DNA from: Candidatus Cloacimonadales bacterium
Lineage (GTDB): Bacteria; Cloacimonadota; Cloacimonadia; Cloacimonadales; JAIOQZ01
Direction of reading: 5' to 3'
NCBI GenBank assembly: GCA_963674825.1
Contig: OY771587.1
Coordinates: 928,001 to 992,000 of the forward strand
DNA: 64,000 nt
This document shows, piece after piece, positions 51,649 through 62,445 of this stretch. The translations under genes were made by a program, and so were the position numbers. Below the pieces are notes generated by a model. The model saw nothing but the letters and a program-made list of their open reading frames with translations, had not been told where the DNA came from and searched no databases. Position 1 is the first letter of the stretch; every line of letters begins with the position of its first letter.

Positions 51649-53037
51649 TTATTTCCGCTTCGATTTCCAGATCGTACCGTCTTTGGTATCCAGCAACTCG
51701 ATGCCGATATCGGCGAGGTCGTTGCGGATTTTATCGGCCATAGTGTAGTTCTTTTCCTTCTTGAAGAGCTGACGGTACTCGATGAACATTTCCACCAGCT
51801 TGCCGGAGAGATCGTCCTTGCGGAGCTTGTCTTCCAGATTCGAGAAGAATCCCAGCACGCTTCCGATCTCGACCAGCGCATGCGCGTACTGGATTCGCTC
51901 TTCGACCGGTTCGGAGAGGTTTTTGATATTGCGCGCCAGGTCGAACAACAGTGCAACAGCCTTGGCGGTGTTGAAATCGTCGTCCATCGCAGCCTTGAAG
52001 TCATCGATATACGCCTGCACCTTCTCATCGAATTGCGGTTTCTCATCCATGATCTTCAGGAAGTCCACAAACTCCAGCGCATCATAGAAATTCGCCACAC
52101 CGCTCTTGCTCTCTTCAAGCAGGTCCGGTGAATAGTCGATCGGGCTGCGGTAGTGCTTCGAGAGGAAGAACAGCCGGACCACTTCGGGATCGAATTTGTC
52201 CAGCACGTCGCGCGTGGTGAAGAAATTGCCCAAGCTCTTGGACATCTTCTCACCGGCCATGTTCAGGAAACCGCCGTGCATCCAGTAGCGAGCCAGCGGC
52301 TTGCCGTTCTGAGCGTACGCCTGAGCCTGTTCGTTCTCGTGATGAGGAAACACCAGGTCAACCGCTCCGCCGTGGATATCGAAGGTCTCGCCCAGAAGAT
52401 CGCGGGACATCACCACACATTCGGTGTGCCATCCCGGACGGCCTTCACCCCAGGGGCTATTCCAGGTCGGTTCGCCCGGCTTGGATTTCTTCCACAGGGT
52501 GAAATCGAGCGGATTGCGCTTCTGCTTGTTCTCCTGAATGCGTGCACCGACAAGCTGCTCGTCTGTTTTCTTGCCGGAGAGGCTGCCGTAGTTATCGAGC
52601 TGATCCACCGAGAAATAAACATCGCCATCAGCCTCGTAGGCGAATCCCTTCTTCTCCAGATCGCGAATAAAACCGATCATCTTGCCGATGTACTCGGTTG
52701 CCTTGGGCGAGTGGTCGGTTGGGCGTAGACCCAGACGGCCTGTATCCTCGAAAAACGCCTTGGTGTAATGCTCTGCGACTTTCTCGAAAGGGATATTTTC
52801 GGCAATAGCCTGGTTGATGATCTTGTCGTCGATATCGGTGATGTTTTGCACAAAGGTGACGTCGTAACCGGCATACTCGAAGTAACGTCGGACCACGTCG
52901 AAGAACAAAAACGTACGTGCATTGCCGATGTGAAAGTAGTTATATACGGTCGGTCCGCAGGCATAGAGCTTGACTTTGCCGGGTTCGACCGGTGTGAATT
53001 CTTCTTTTGTCCGTGACTGTGTGTTGTAAATTTTCAT
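51649..53037 (-). CDS. cysS: Cysteine--tRNA ligase
   Basis: CGPTVY, HIGNAR, GRPGWHTEC, FPHHENE, KMSKS. Confidence 0.97.
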   Translation of the reverse strand: MKIYNTQSRTKEEFTPVEPGKVKLYACGPTVYNYFHIGNARTFLFFDVVRRYFEYAGYDVTFVQNITDIDDKIINQAIAENIPFEKVAEHYTKAFFEDTGRLGLRPTDHSPKATEYIGKMIGFIRDLEKKGFAYEADGDVYFSVDQLDNYGSLSGKKTDEQLVGARIQENKQKRNPLDFTLWKKSKPGEPTWNSPWGEGRPGWHTECVVMSRDLLGETFDIHGGAVDLVFPHHENEQAQAYAQNGKPLARYWMHGGFLNMAGEKMSKSLGNFFTTRDVLDKFDPEVVRLFFLSKHYRSPIDYSPDLLEESKSGVANFYDALEFVDFLKIMDEKPQFDEKVQAYIDDFKAAMDDDFNTAKAVALLFDLARNIKNLSEPVEERIQYAHALVEIGSVLGFFSNLEDKLRKDDLSGKLVEMFIEYRQLFKKEKNYTMADKIRNDLADIGIELLDTKDGTIWKSKRK

Positions 53038-53121
53038 CTATCCTCCGGAAAGGCATTTCCAGTTTTTTTGTTTGCACTGTTCGGAGATAAGCGCTTACAG
53101 AATGCGTGAAAGATGCTTAGA

Positions 53122-53658
53122 TTACACCTGCAAAATCGTCACAACCGTATCGCCCATCTTTTTCTCGTAGGTACGATACTGGTGCCAAGCCTCTTCGATG
53201 GGCTCGTCGAACGCATGTTCGATCATAACCCTGCCTGATGGCTTAAGTAGATTTCGATCGAAGATACGCATAACTGTCTTCTGCACCAGCCCTTTACGAT
53301 AGGGCGGGTCGATCAGGATCAGATCGTATTGCTCTTCGGTGTCATCCAGAAATGCGGTCGCCTTCTTCTTGTGAACCTGCGTTGTATCGCGACAACCCAA
53401 TTTCTCGATGTTTTTCCAGATGGTCTGCACCGATTTCTGGCTCGAATCGACGAAAATCGCCTGCATGGTTCCACGACTGAGCGCTTCAAGCCCGAGAGCA
53501 CCGCTGCCGGCATAAAGATCGAGCACGATATCGTCGTCGTAGAGATCGAGAACACTGAAGATCACTTCCTTCACGAAATCTGTTGTGGGTCTCACGCGAT
53601 CGCCAGACACCGTAAACAGGTGACGTCCCTTGTATTTACCGGTTATGATCCGCATCAT
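53122..53658 (-). CDS. rsmD: 16S rRNA (guanine966-N2)-methyltransferase
   Basis: MRIITGKYKGR, RPTTD, LDLYAGSGALGLEALSRG, DPPY. Confidence 0.95.
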   Translation of the reverse strand: MMRIITGKYKGRHLFTVSGDRVRPTTDFVKEVIFSVLDLYDDDIVLDLYAGSGALGLEALSRGTMQAIFVDSSQKSVQTIWKNIEKLGCRDTTQVHKKKATAFLDDTEEQYDLILIDPPYRKGLVQKTVMRIFDRNLLKPSGRVMIEHAFDEPIEEAWHQYRTYEKKMGDTVVTILQV

Positions 53659-53843
53659 TCCCCCTTTCGCACCTAGTTTATCCTGTAATGATCGACGAGG
53701 ATCAGCTTCTTTTATATTTCTTGCTTCCGAATTTGATCTCGAGCTGCTCCGGTTTCTGTTCGAAATTCGGGCAGGTCAGAAGGATCGTTTCTGCCGACTG
53801 CTTGCACTTATTCATGCATTTAGCACATAACTTATTGATGTCT

Positions 53844-54398
53844 TTATTCTTTACTTCCATAAAATACTCGTATCAGTTCACCCAATGTGATATCCTGCAG
53901 TGACTTGTTCTTCCCCAGGATTTCAATGGCACGCGCGCTCAGTTCCCCAACATTCATCGAAAGCCAATCTGTCGAAGGTATCGCAGTAAGTGGTTTCGAT
54001 TTTAGCGCAGAAACGGATTCATCATCATCGTATGATCCTTCCAGGATGGATTTGCGAGGTTCGGGCGCGAGCTCTTCGTCCGATTCAACGTTCAAATCAT
54101 CTTCGTCCTCTTCCTGCTGCTGCATCGATTCCTGTAGTTTCTCGTAGCGATCCTGCGGCAATATCTTCAGTCTCTTCCGCTCGTCGGCGGTGAATAGCGC
54201 AGCAATTCGCGGATCGTAGTGGAGCTTGTCATCGCTGAGGATGCGTTCCTGCACGGCCTCGAGTCGCTCTTGAATATCTTCGTCGCCCCGCTCGTTATAC
54301 AGACGGGCATAGACCGCGAGTGCGTCGAAAAGCTGGTTTTGCGATTCATACAACTGTGCGAGCGTCATGGTTGGCGCTAATGATTTGGATGGAGCCAT
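53844..54398 (-). CDS. Hypothetical acidic protein (TPR-like N-terminus)
   Basis: TMTLAQLYESQ...ALAVY helix motif; co-oriented with comEA. Confidence 0.6.
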   Translation of the reverse strand: MAPSKSLAPTMTLAQLYESQNQLFDALAVYARLYNERGDEDIQERLEAVQERILSDDKLHYDPRIAALFTADERKRLKILPQDRYEKLQESMQQQEEDEDDLNVESDEELAPEPRKSILEGSYDDDESVSALKSKPLTAIPSTDWLSMNVGELSARAIEILGKNKSLQDITLGELIRVFYGSKE

Positions 54399-54399
54399 A

Positions 54400-54990
54400 T
54401 CATTCTCCCAGGGTTATCTCGGGTTTCATCTTCTGCAGAGTCTTCTCGCCAATACCGTTTACCTTAAGAAGGTCGTCAATGCGCTTGAAACGGCCATGTT
54501 TATTGCGATATCGCACAATTCTAGTCGCCAGCACTTCGCCGATCCCTTCGATTTCCATCAATTGCTGCACTCCGGCGCGATTGATGTTGACCTGTCCGGT
54601 CTGGGAAGAAAACCCCAGTAAAGAATCCTGAAATGCGGTTTCATTGTCAAGCGGTATCAGATAGGGAAGCATCCCATCATAAAGTTTCTCGCCAATGCCA
54701 TGTACTTTCATCAGGTCCGATCTGCGCGCAAAACCCGGGCTTTCAGCGTATGCCATGATCGCCCGTGCTTTCTTCTCGCCGATGCCCGGTAGCGCCATGA
54801 GGTCTTCAAGCACCGGGTTACGTAAATCGATGCGCAGATCACTTTGCTCCAGCGTTACACGCAACGAATCTACGTCCGATGCCGATTCCCTTGCAAAAAA
54901 ACGCGCACTCAGTCCCAGCAGCGCAAAACCCATCAGAAACAGCAATATCCGCTGCTCGCCTGGTGTAAAAAGCTTGCTCAGCGGATTCAC
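54400..54990 (-). CDS. comEA: ComEA-family helix-hairpin-helix DNA-binding protein
   Basis: Repeated LPGIGEK/VHGIGEK/EGIGE/VNGIGEK HhH motifs; N-terminal TM. Confidence 0.88.
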   Translation of the reverse strand: MNPLSKLFTPGEQRILLFLMGFALLGLSARFFARESASDVDSLRVTLEQSDLRIDLRNPVLEDLMALPGIGEKKARAIMAYAESPGFARRSDLMKVHGIGEKLYDGMLPYLIPLDNETAFQDSLLGFSSQTGQVNINRAGVQQLMEIEGIGEVLATRIVRYRNKHGRFKRIDDLLKVNGIGEKTLQKMKPEITLGE

Positions 54991-54991
54991 C

Positions 54992-55387
54992 TTAAGCGTC
55001 CTTTACCCGAACAAACGTCGCTTCCGCACGAGCGTGAATCTTTCCCTCAGGATCGGTCAACTTCGCTTTGCATGTGATAATGCGCCCCTTGTTTTCCACG
55101 ATCTCACCACTGACAAGATAGTCGGTGAGGGAGTTAACCGGCCTTTTATACTCGATGCTCATTCGTCCCGTAACCGCGACAGTTCCCGCGTGCAGTACTA
55201 TCTTGGCCATCGATTCATCCAACAGCGCTGCGACCATCCCGCCGTGGATAATGCCGGGATATCCGGCGAATTTTTCCGGAAGATTGACCACCGCAATCGC
55301 TGTGTTATCTGGATATTCGAAATCGAGTTGCAGGCCATCAGGATTGGCCTTACCGCAGATGAAACATTTGTTGTATTCTTCGCTCAT
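54992..55387 (-). CDS. PaaI-family thioesterase
   Basis: CFICGKANPDGL, HGGMVAALLDE; AGGAG RBS before MSEEY. Confidence 0.9.
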   Translation of the reverse strand: MSEEYNKCFICGKANPDGLQLDFEYPDNTAIAVVNLPEKFAGYPGIIHGGMVAALLDESMAKIVLHAGTVAVTGRMSIEYKRPVNSLTDYLVSGEIVENKGRIITCKAKLTDPEGKIHARAEATFVRVKDA

Positions 55388-55501
55388 GAAGAGACTCCTT
55401 TTCTTCTCTCTCATCCCGTCTTCTCGCCCGATGCACAGCTTGCCTTCGGTTTTTATTGACAATCGTTCCCGTCCATCGTTTCAAGACGTTCGGAGGTAAT
55501 C

Positions 55502-55741
55502 ATGAGACCGATCGAAAGAACCATATTATCCAAGATCGACGACAAAGGCGTCACGTTCGACCGCATTGAGGAAATCATCGACGGAATGACACGCCAGGAG
55601 CTCAAGAAAAGCTTCCCGGACGATTCCATCTTCCAGTCGCCACGCTACTTCGCGAAGGTAGTTCTGGACAGCCTTGTGCGGCGCGGCGCGATTCAGAAGC
55701 AGGACGGTAAGTTCGTCAAACCATCTAAAAAGGACGATTAG
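55502..55741 (+). CDS. Small hypothetical protein (possible winged helix)
   Basis: GGAGG RBS, TTGACA at ~55456, LDSLVRRGAIQKQDGKF. Confidence 0.65.
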   Translation: MRPIERTILSKIDDKGVTFDRIEEIIDGMTRQELKKSFPDDSIFQSPRYFAKVVLDSLVRRGAIQKQDGKFVKPSKKDD

Positions 55742-56283
55742 TCCATCAGCTCCTGATCGTACTTCGCCATCGCATCGATCGCGAGCTGAAGAAAATCTCC
55801 CAGCTCGAACCCGATATTGCTGCACGTCGCGATCTGCTCACGATTCGCACCCGCGGCAAAGCTCTTCGATTTGAACTTCTTCTTCAGCGATTTCAGCTTC
55901 ACCTCATGGATGGTCTTACCCGGCTGCATCAAGGCAGCGGCTGTGACCAATCCCGTAATCGGATCGGCAGCGTAGAGACTTTTATCCAGCAGCGATTCCA
56001 CCGGTGCATGATCCGCGTGTGCCTTTACCGCATGAACCACATCCCCGGGTAGCCCGGCCTCTTCCAGCATCTGCGCACCTTTCACGCTGTGCTGGTCGGG
56101 ATCGTCCATCGTGTATTCGTAGTCGATATCATGCAATAGCCCGGTGACAAACCACTTCTCCGCATCTTCATTGAAATGCTCCGCAAGCGCTTCCATCACC
56201 GCACCTACAGCAAGGCTGTGCTTTCGCAGGCTATCGCTTTCCAAATGACTATATAACAGCTCATTCGCCTCTGTACGATTCAT
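55738..56283 (-). CDS. HDIG-domain metal-dependent phosphohydrolase
   Basis: KHSLAV, GLLHDIDYE, KSFAAGANRE. Confidence 0.9.
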   Translation of the reverse strand: MNRTEANELLYSHLESDSLRKHSLAVGAVMEALAEHFNEDAEKWFVTGLLHDIDYEYTMDDPDQHSVKGAQMLEEAGLPGDVVHAVKAHADHAPVESLLDKSLYAADPITGLVTAAALMQPGKTIHEVKLKSLKKKFKSKSFAAGANREQIATCSNIGFELGDFLQLAIDAMAKYDQELMD

Positions 56284-56331
56284 CGAGATTATCTCCTTTT
56301 CTTGTATGGCGCGAACCGAGTGCAAACGTCT

Positions 56332-56829
56332 TTACCCCCCTGACAAGGGGGGATTAAGGGGGGTTATCCCCAATTCATCTTCCCTCTGTCGAATCCTCGA
56401 CATTAAATCATCGTATACCCCCTGCAATCTGCATAGAACATCACTGTTTATGTATCGAACCACAACAACCCCAAGGATCTGCAACCTCTCAGTGCGGGTA
56501 CTATCGTATGAAATCCGGTCGGAATGACTATCGCCATCAATTTCAATCGCCATACGTAATTTCGAGCAATAAAAATCCACAATGTAATGATCAATCGGTT
56601 TCTGGCGCAGGAACTTGTACCCTGTTTGCCTTCGAGACAGAATATACTTCCACATTCGCACTTCGGGGAGACAACCGGTTCGACGATTTTCACGGGCACA
56701 GGATGTAAGTTTTGGATTATATGGGAGATGATTTCTTGTTACCCCCCCTTTATCCCCCCTTGTCAGGGGGGTTAGAGAGGCTTCAACCTCAACAAAATCC
56801 TCTGCTTTCTCAAACTCTTTTTCCGCCAT
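56332..56829 (-). CDS. DUF559 (Vsr-like) endonuclease
   Basis: LPYNPKL..ARENR, KFLRQKPIDHYIVDFYC, IEIDGDSH, VVRYIN. Confidence 0.9.
   Translation of the reverse strand: MAEKEFEKAEDFVEVEASLTPLTRGDKGGVTRNHLPYNPKLTSCARENRRTGCLPEVRMWKYILSRRQTGYKFLRQKPIDHYIVDFYCSKLRMAIEIDGDSHSDRISYDSTRTERLQILGVVVVRYINSDVLCRLQGVYDDLMSRIRQREDELGITPLNPPLSGG
56335..56771. mobile_element. 29-bp inverted repeats bracketing the DUF559 domain
   Basis: 56335-56363 cccccctgacaaggggggattaagggggg vs 56743-56771 cccccctttatccccccttgtcagggggg (28/29 reverse-complement match). Confidence 0.65.
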
Positions 56830-56908
56830 ATTCCGCTGCCTCTAGCGATGCGTCCTCATTCCCTACCAAACCTCAAAACAGTACTTGAACCGTTTCCCAG
56901 CTCCAACA

Positions 56909-57697
56909 CTATCTCCACTGCCTTAGCACTTCGTAGCAGGCGACAGCGAATGAAGTCGCCACATTGAGCGAGTTTTTCCACCCATGAACAGGAATTCTCA
57001 CGATGTGGTCAACCATTTTCAATGTATTTTCATCGATACCATGAGCTTCGTTGCCGATCAAGATCGCACACGGACATGGAAATTCCATCTCGAATAACGT
57101 CGGCGAATCGGCCACCGTTTCCAGCGCGATCACGGGAACTCCACGGTTGCGAAATCGCTCGATCACGATCGAGACATCCTCGTCGTACTGCCATGCCACA
57201 TGTTCGTCGGTACCCATGGCCGTTTTCACAACCTTCGGGTTGTTCGGCGTGGCTGTGTAGCCGGTCAGATACAGCTTCTCCATGCCAACGCATTCCGCCA
57301 CCCGGAAGATCGAGCCTACATTGAACGATGACCGCAGATTATGCACAATTCCGAATAGCGGATACTGTTTCTGATGATTCGATCCATCACCCTGCACGAT
57401 GTTAAGATGTGTGTCCATCGGTTCATAGCCAAGCTTTCTCTGTAACGGGACAGAAAACAGCATGAACTTCTCCAGCGTTTCGCATTCCGGTATTTCCAGG
57501 CTCAACTCGGCGTCCCGTACGAACTGCCTGAGATCCAGCATCAATTCCCATCGCACTTCCGCATCGTCCCACTGCCGCTCGAGTGTTTCGAGGTAGTCGA
57601 TCAGCGTCTTTTCGATCTTATGCTGGTCGAAGCGCTCGATTTTCTTCTTGGTATATTTCATTTCGACATAATGAGCATACACTGTTATGAACGTCAA
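56909..57697 (-). CDS. TrmH/SpoU-family RNA methyltransferase
   Basis: HNLRSSFNVGSIFR, IGNEAHGI, NSLNVA; start may be 57661. Confidence 0.9.
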   Translation of the reverse strand: MTFITVYAHYVEMKYTKKKIERFDQHKIEKTLIDYLETLERQWDDAEVRWELMLDLRQFVRDAELSLEIPECETLEKFMLFSVPLQRKLGYEPMDTHLNIVQGDGSNHQKQYPLFGIVHNLRSSFNVGSIFRVAECVGMEKLYLTGYTATPNNPKVVKTAMGTDEHVAWQYDEDVSIVIERFRNRGVPVIALETVADSPTLFEMEFPCPCAILIGNEAHGIDENTLKMVDHIVRIPVHGWKNSLNVATSFAVACYEVLRQWR

Positions 57698-57761
57698 CGC
57701 ATTTTTCAGTTGCTAATGAATCATTGATCACTATTATTGGGTTTAAAGATCGGAGGTAAAC

Positions 57762-58154
57762 ATGAAATCGATTTACGAACGGAAAATCGTCGGATACGAA
57801 TGCGATATATACGGGCACTTGAACAACGCCAACTACCTGCACGTCTATGAAGAAGCACGCACGAAGGCGTTAAACGAGATCGGGCTTTCCATCTCCGGAT
57901 TGCTTGCGCAAAATCTGCACATGTACCTCAACGAGATCAACATCAAGTTCATGCGCGGCGTCCCGCTTGACTCCATCGTGACCGTTACCACCGAGATTAT
58001 CGTCAAGAACCGGCTCCGCTCCATCTGGCACCAGGAGATGTTCGACAGCGACGGTAACCTGTGCAGCGTCGCCGATGTGCATGGCGTCTTCGCACGTGAT
58101 GGAAGACCAATCCGAATCCCGCAGGAACTGATGGCAAATTTCGGACTGGAGTAA
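57762..58154 (+). CDS. Acyl-CoA thioesterase (YbgC/FadM-like)
   Basis: YECDIYGHLNNANYLHVYEEAR. Confidence 0.9.
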   Translation: MKSIYERKIVGYECDIYGHLNNANYLHVYEEARTKALNEIGLSISGLLAQNLHMYLNEINIKFMRGVPLDSIVTVTTEIIVKNRLRSIWHQEMFDSDGNLCSVADVHGVFARDGRPIRIPQELMANFGLE

Positions 58155-58251
58155 CCCCGCCATCACGTAAAATTATTTTCTTGACAATCGTCTTAAATTA
58201 GCCTCCATATTGTGTTGAGGGATTTATCATAACCAATACTTGGAGGCAATT

Positions 58252-59862
58252 ATGTATAGGGCAATTCTCGCACTCACATTCGTACTGATCTGCACACTCG
58301 CATTCGCTGACGGCGTTCAACCCAACGGCTTCGGAACCGAAACCAATCCGTACCTCATGGAATCGCTCGACAACTTACTGTGGCTATCGACCAATGAAAA
58401 GGTGTGGTCGGATGAATTGTATTACCTTCAGACCGCCGATATCGACGCCACCGACACCGAGAACTGGAACGATGGTGAAGGTTTTTCGCCGATCGGAACA
58501 AGCGGTCGGAAGTTTAAAGGCGTCTATGACGGTGACAACCATACAATCAGCAACCTGCATATCAACAGACCAGATCAGGATTATATAGGGCTATGGGGGT
58601 ATACTCATTATTCTACCTTCACAGAAATTAAATTGGTCAACGTCTCGATCATTGGCGGAGAATTTACCGGTTCACTTGCCGGTTATTGCGAAGGCTCTGG
58701 ATTGATCGAGAACTGCCATTCAGGCGGATCTGTCGAAGGTGCTCGAAACGTTGGCGGTCTGTTCGGGTGTTTAGATGGTTATCTTGATGACTATTACACC
58801 CTAATCATATCGAGTTGTTCGTCCACCAGCACTGTTGTAGGAACCGAAATCGTTGGAGGACTGATAGGAGCTGGATACGTAGTGGAAATATCTTATTGCT
58901 TTGTCGATTGCACCGTATCCGCGACAGAATCGTATGCGGGTGGAATTTGCGCTATAACCAACGAAGCATTTGTAATTGAATACTGCTATGTTCAGGGGGA
59001 AATTTCAAGTTCAGACTTTGCTGGAAGTATCATCGGATATTGCATATTGTCGAATATTGATTCATCAGGAAGTAATGCAACGATAAATTGCTCGGGAGAT
59101 CAATCCGGCGGTATTACTGGATGTATGACGTACGCAATAATCAATTGCTGCTATTTCTTAGGCAATTTGAATGGAACATCTCATTCGGGAGGCATAGTCG
59201 GTTTTTCCGCTGACTCCGATATCAAGAACTGCTACGTTGCAGGTAATATCACGCCGTCAACAGCGTCAGCGTTATCTGGAACTTTCAATAATTACGAATA
59301 TATTGCTCGCGTTCGCAATTGTGTCTGGAATACTCAGACAACCGGAGTTAATCATGCCATGGGTACCAATCAAGAAAGCGCCATAGACTGCTACGGCTGC
59401 ACCACAGCAGAGATGATGCAGCAATCAACCTACACTAATCTCGGCTGGGACTTCGTGGATGAGACCGAGAATGGCACTGAAGATTATTGGGATATGTCCA
59501 CCGACTGGAACGAAGGCTATCCATACATCCACGATATCTGGGTCTATGTCGATAACGATGAAGAACCAACCGTTCCGCCAGTATTCGAAACCACGCTGAG
59601 CAACGCCTATCCGAATCCGTTCAATCCGAGCACGACCATCGCATATTCGCTTTCAGAATCAGGACCGGTCGAAATCAGCGTCTATAACATCCGCGGACAG
59701 CGGATTACAAAGCTTATCGATGAAAGACAGCCAGCCGGGCAGCACAACGTCGTCTGGAACGGCACCGATTCCCGTGGCAAGCCCGTCTCCAGCGGTATCT
59801 ACTTCTACAGGATGACAACGCCTGATCGCTACATCGCGAAGAAAATGGTAATGGTGAAATAG
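58252..59862 (+). CDS. Secreted GLUG-repeat protein with FlgD-Ig/T9SS-like CTD (copy A)
   Basis: GTETNPY, YLQTADID, FKGVYDGDNHTISNL, repeated VGGL.G, YPNPFNPST. Confidence 0.87.
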   Translation: MYRAILALTFVLICTLAFADGVQPNGFGTETNPYLMESLDNLLWLSTNEKVWSDELYYLQTADIDATDTENWNDGEGFSPIGTSGRKFKGVYDGDNHTISNLHINRPDQDYIGLWGYTHYSTFTEIKLVNVSIIGGEFTGSLAGYCEGSGLIENCHSGGSVEGARNVGGLFGCLDGYLDDYYTLIISSCSSTSTVVGTEIVGGLIGAGYVVEISYCFVDCTVSATESYAGGICAITNEAFVIEYCYVQGEISSSDFAGSIIGYCILSNIDSSGSNATINCSGDQSGGITGCMTYAIINCCYFLGNLNGTSHSGGIVGFSADSDIKNCYVAGNITPSTASALSGTFNNYEYIARVRNCVWNTQTTGVNHAMGTNQESAIDCYGCTTAEMMQQSTYTNLGWDFVDETENGTEDYWDMSTDWNEGYPYIHDIWVYVDNDEEPTVPPVFETTLSNAYPNPFNPSTTIAYSLSESGPVEISVYNIRGQRITKLIDERQPAGQHNVVWNGTDSRGKPVSSGIYFYRMTTPDRYIAKKMVMVK

Positions 59863-62445
59863 AACACGAACAATGCACTTGGAGGCATTATGCGTAGAGT
59901 AATACTCACACTCACATTCGTACTGATCTGCACATTCGCTTTCGCTGACGGCGTCCAGCCCAATGGCTCCGGAACCGAAACCGATCCGTACCTCATGGAA
60001 TCGCTCGACAACTTGCTATGGCTTTCGACCAACATAGACGTTTGGAGCGACAGCCTCTACTTCCTGCAAACCGCTGACATCGATGCCTCGGACACGCAGA
60101 ACTGGAATGGTGGAAATGGGCTTTGGCCGATCGGAACAAGCGCTAATAAGTTTTCTGGCACTTATGACGGCGGAAATCACACCATTAGCGATATGCATAT
60201 CGATCGAAGACACAGTGACAATATGGGGATGTGGGGATATGCGCTCAACTCATCATTTAAAAATCTGAGTATCTTGGATACCTATGTTTCCGGTGACCAA
60301 TACGTTGCCATTTTCGTGGCGAAATGTAGCGGTGTAACGTTCGAAAATTGCCACTGTAGCGGTCAGCTTGATGGATCGTTCGATATTGGGGGGCTTGTTG
60401 GTGGTGGATATGTTTATACTGCAACGAACTGTTCTTCCACATGTACAATAGATGGGAACAGCCGTGTCGGGGGACTAATTGGCTACCTTAGCTTCTCTCT
60501 CGGAATAGAAAACTGTAGCTCAGACTGCTCAATTGCTGGGAATTCTTCATTGGGGGGGCTGATAGGTTATGTCGATTGTTCTCACCCAATTTCCTTTTGC
60601 TCTTCCAATACTCAAATCCTTATGGACTGGAGGAACGGAAGTAATGTTGGAGGTTTAATTGGGTTTTCTGATGATGTAAACATTGATCACTGCAATGCCG
60701 ATTGCACGATATCGTGTCTTGGATATAGTACTTCCAATGTCGGTGGGCTGATAGGGTATTTTAATCATGATAATCATAGCGAGAATTATACGATATCTAA
60801 TTGTTTTGTAACGGGTTCTATTGAAGGCGAAGAAGATGTGGGAGGATTAGTTGGAGGACTTCGCACCGCCTATTCACCATTTACAAACAATCTTTTCGAA
60901 CATTCTTATTACGACTACGAAACGTTCACCATCAATGGAGAGCACGAAGTTAGCTTTGGGGCAGTACCGACCAATTTATTCAACGACTGGGTGGAGAATG
61001 GATTCGAACTAAATCCTGATGACTACCTTCTCAATCTCGATGGCTCTGATGATTACCTGATATCAAGTCCTGAAGACTTACGTTGCTTGATGGCTTTCGG
61101 GCAAGATAATTGTGCCTTTCGCCTAACAGCCAACATCGATATGGCTGAATATCCAGGCTTTTATCTCCCGGTATTCTGCGCAACCCTTAACGGTGACAAT
61201 CACACGATATCAAACCTTTCTCTTATTGACACCGACAATGATTTCAAAGGCTTCATTGGTTTTGCGAAGAGAGCCGTAGTTTCAGATCTGAACATAAACA
61301 ACATTCAAATTAGTGGCAACGAGTACATTGGAGGAATGGCTGGATATGGGCAGTATACTGCGATCACCAACTGTAATGTTAATGGACTGATCAATGTAAC
61401 ACATCGCTATGTTGGAGGTTTTTGTGGTTTTTCAGTTGAAAACACCTTCACACAATGCAGCTTCAACGGTTCAACAGCAAGCGAAGTCAACGACTCGAAT
61501 AATGGCGGAATTTGTGGCTATGCCAGAGTAAGCGATTTCATCAATTGTTTCAGCAATGGGGAGATTATCAACACGGGTACTTCCAGTAAAACCGGAGGTA
61601 TTGTCGGGCGATGTTATAGCAGCACTTTCCAAGGATGCTATTCTGAAGCAACGATCGATGCTTCACGTTCGAGAGCTGGCGGTATTGTGGGATACTCCGA
61701 TGTGTCAACGGTGAACAATTGCTACTTCTCCGGGATCGTTATGGGCAGCACAGACACAGGCGGAATCGTAGGGATCAGTATTCACGGATCGGAAGTCAAT
61801 TACTGCTATGTAAATGGAGAGGTTTATCCTCCTGAGGCTGCGGCCATTGTCGGCTATAATACACGAGGCGAGGTTGGAGGGGAAGTTTCGTATGTTCGCA
61901 ATTGCGTGTGGGATTCAGAAACCATGGCTGTCAGCGGTGCGATTGGCCATTCATATGGTGGGCAAACATATATGGTCGAAGGCCACACTCGCGCTGAGAT
62001 GCGAGAACAATCAACCTACACCAACCTCGGCTGGGACTTCGTGGATGAAACCGAGAATGGCACTGAAGATTATTGGGATATGTCCACCGACTGGAACGAA
62101 GGCTACCCATACATCCACGATATCTGGGTCTATGTCGATAACGATGAAGAACCAACCGTTCCGCCAGTATTCGAAACCACGCTGAGCAACGCCTATCCGA
62201 ATCCGTTCAATCCGAGCACGACCATCGCATATTCGCTTTCGGAAGCAGGACCGGTCGAAATCAGCGTCTATAACATCCGCGGACAGCGGGTCAAGAAGCT
62301 CGTCAGCGAAAGGCAGCCAGCCGGGCAGCACAACGTCGTCTGGAACGGCACCGATTCCCGTGGCAAGCCCGTCTCCAGCGGTATCTACTTCTACAGGATG
62401 ACAACGCCTGATCGCAACATCGCGAAGAAAATGGTAATGGTGAAG
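59422..62445 (+). repeat. Near-identical ~440-bp direct repeat (3' ends of the two GLUG genes, ~59422-59859 and ~62008-62445)
   Basis: Direct comparison shows long identical runs; mismatches are concentrated in one short codon block. Confidence 0.9.

Noticed and set aside
59422..62445. Diversity-generating retroelement TR/VR pair
   Set aside because: Both copies are coding, mismatches are not adenine-specific and many are synonymous, and no reverse transcriptase is in the window
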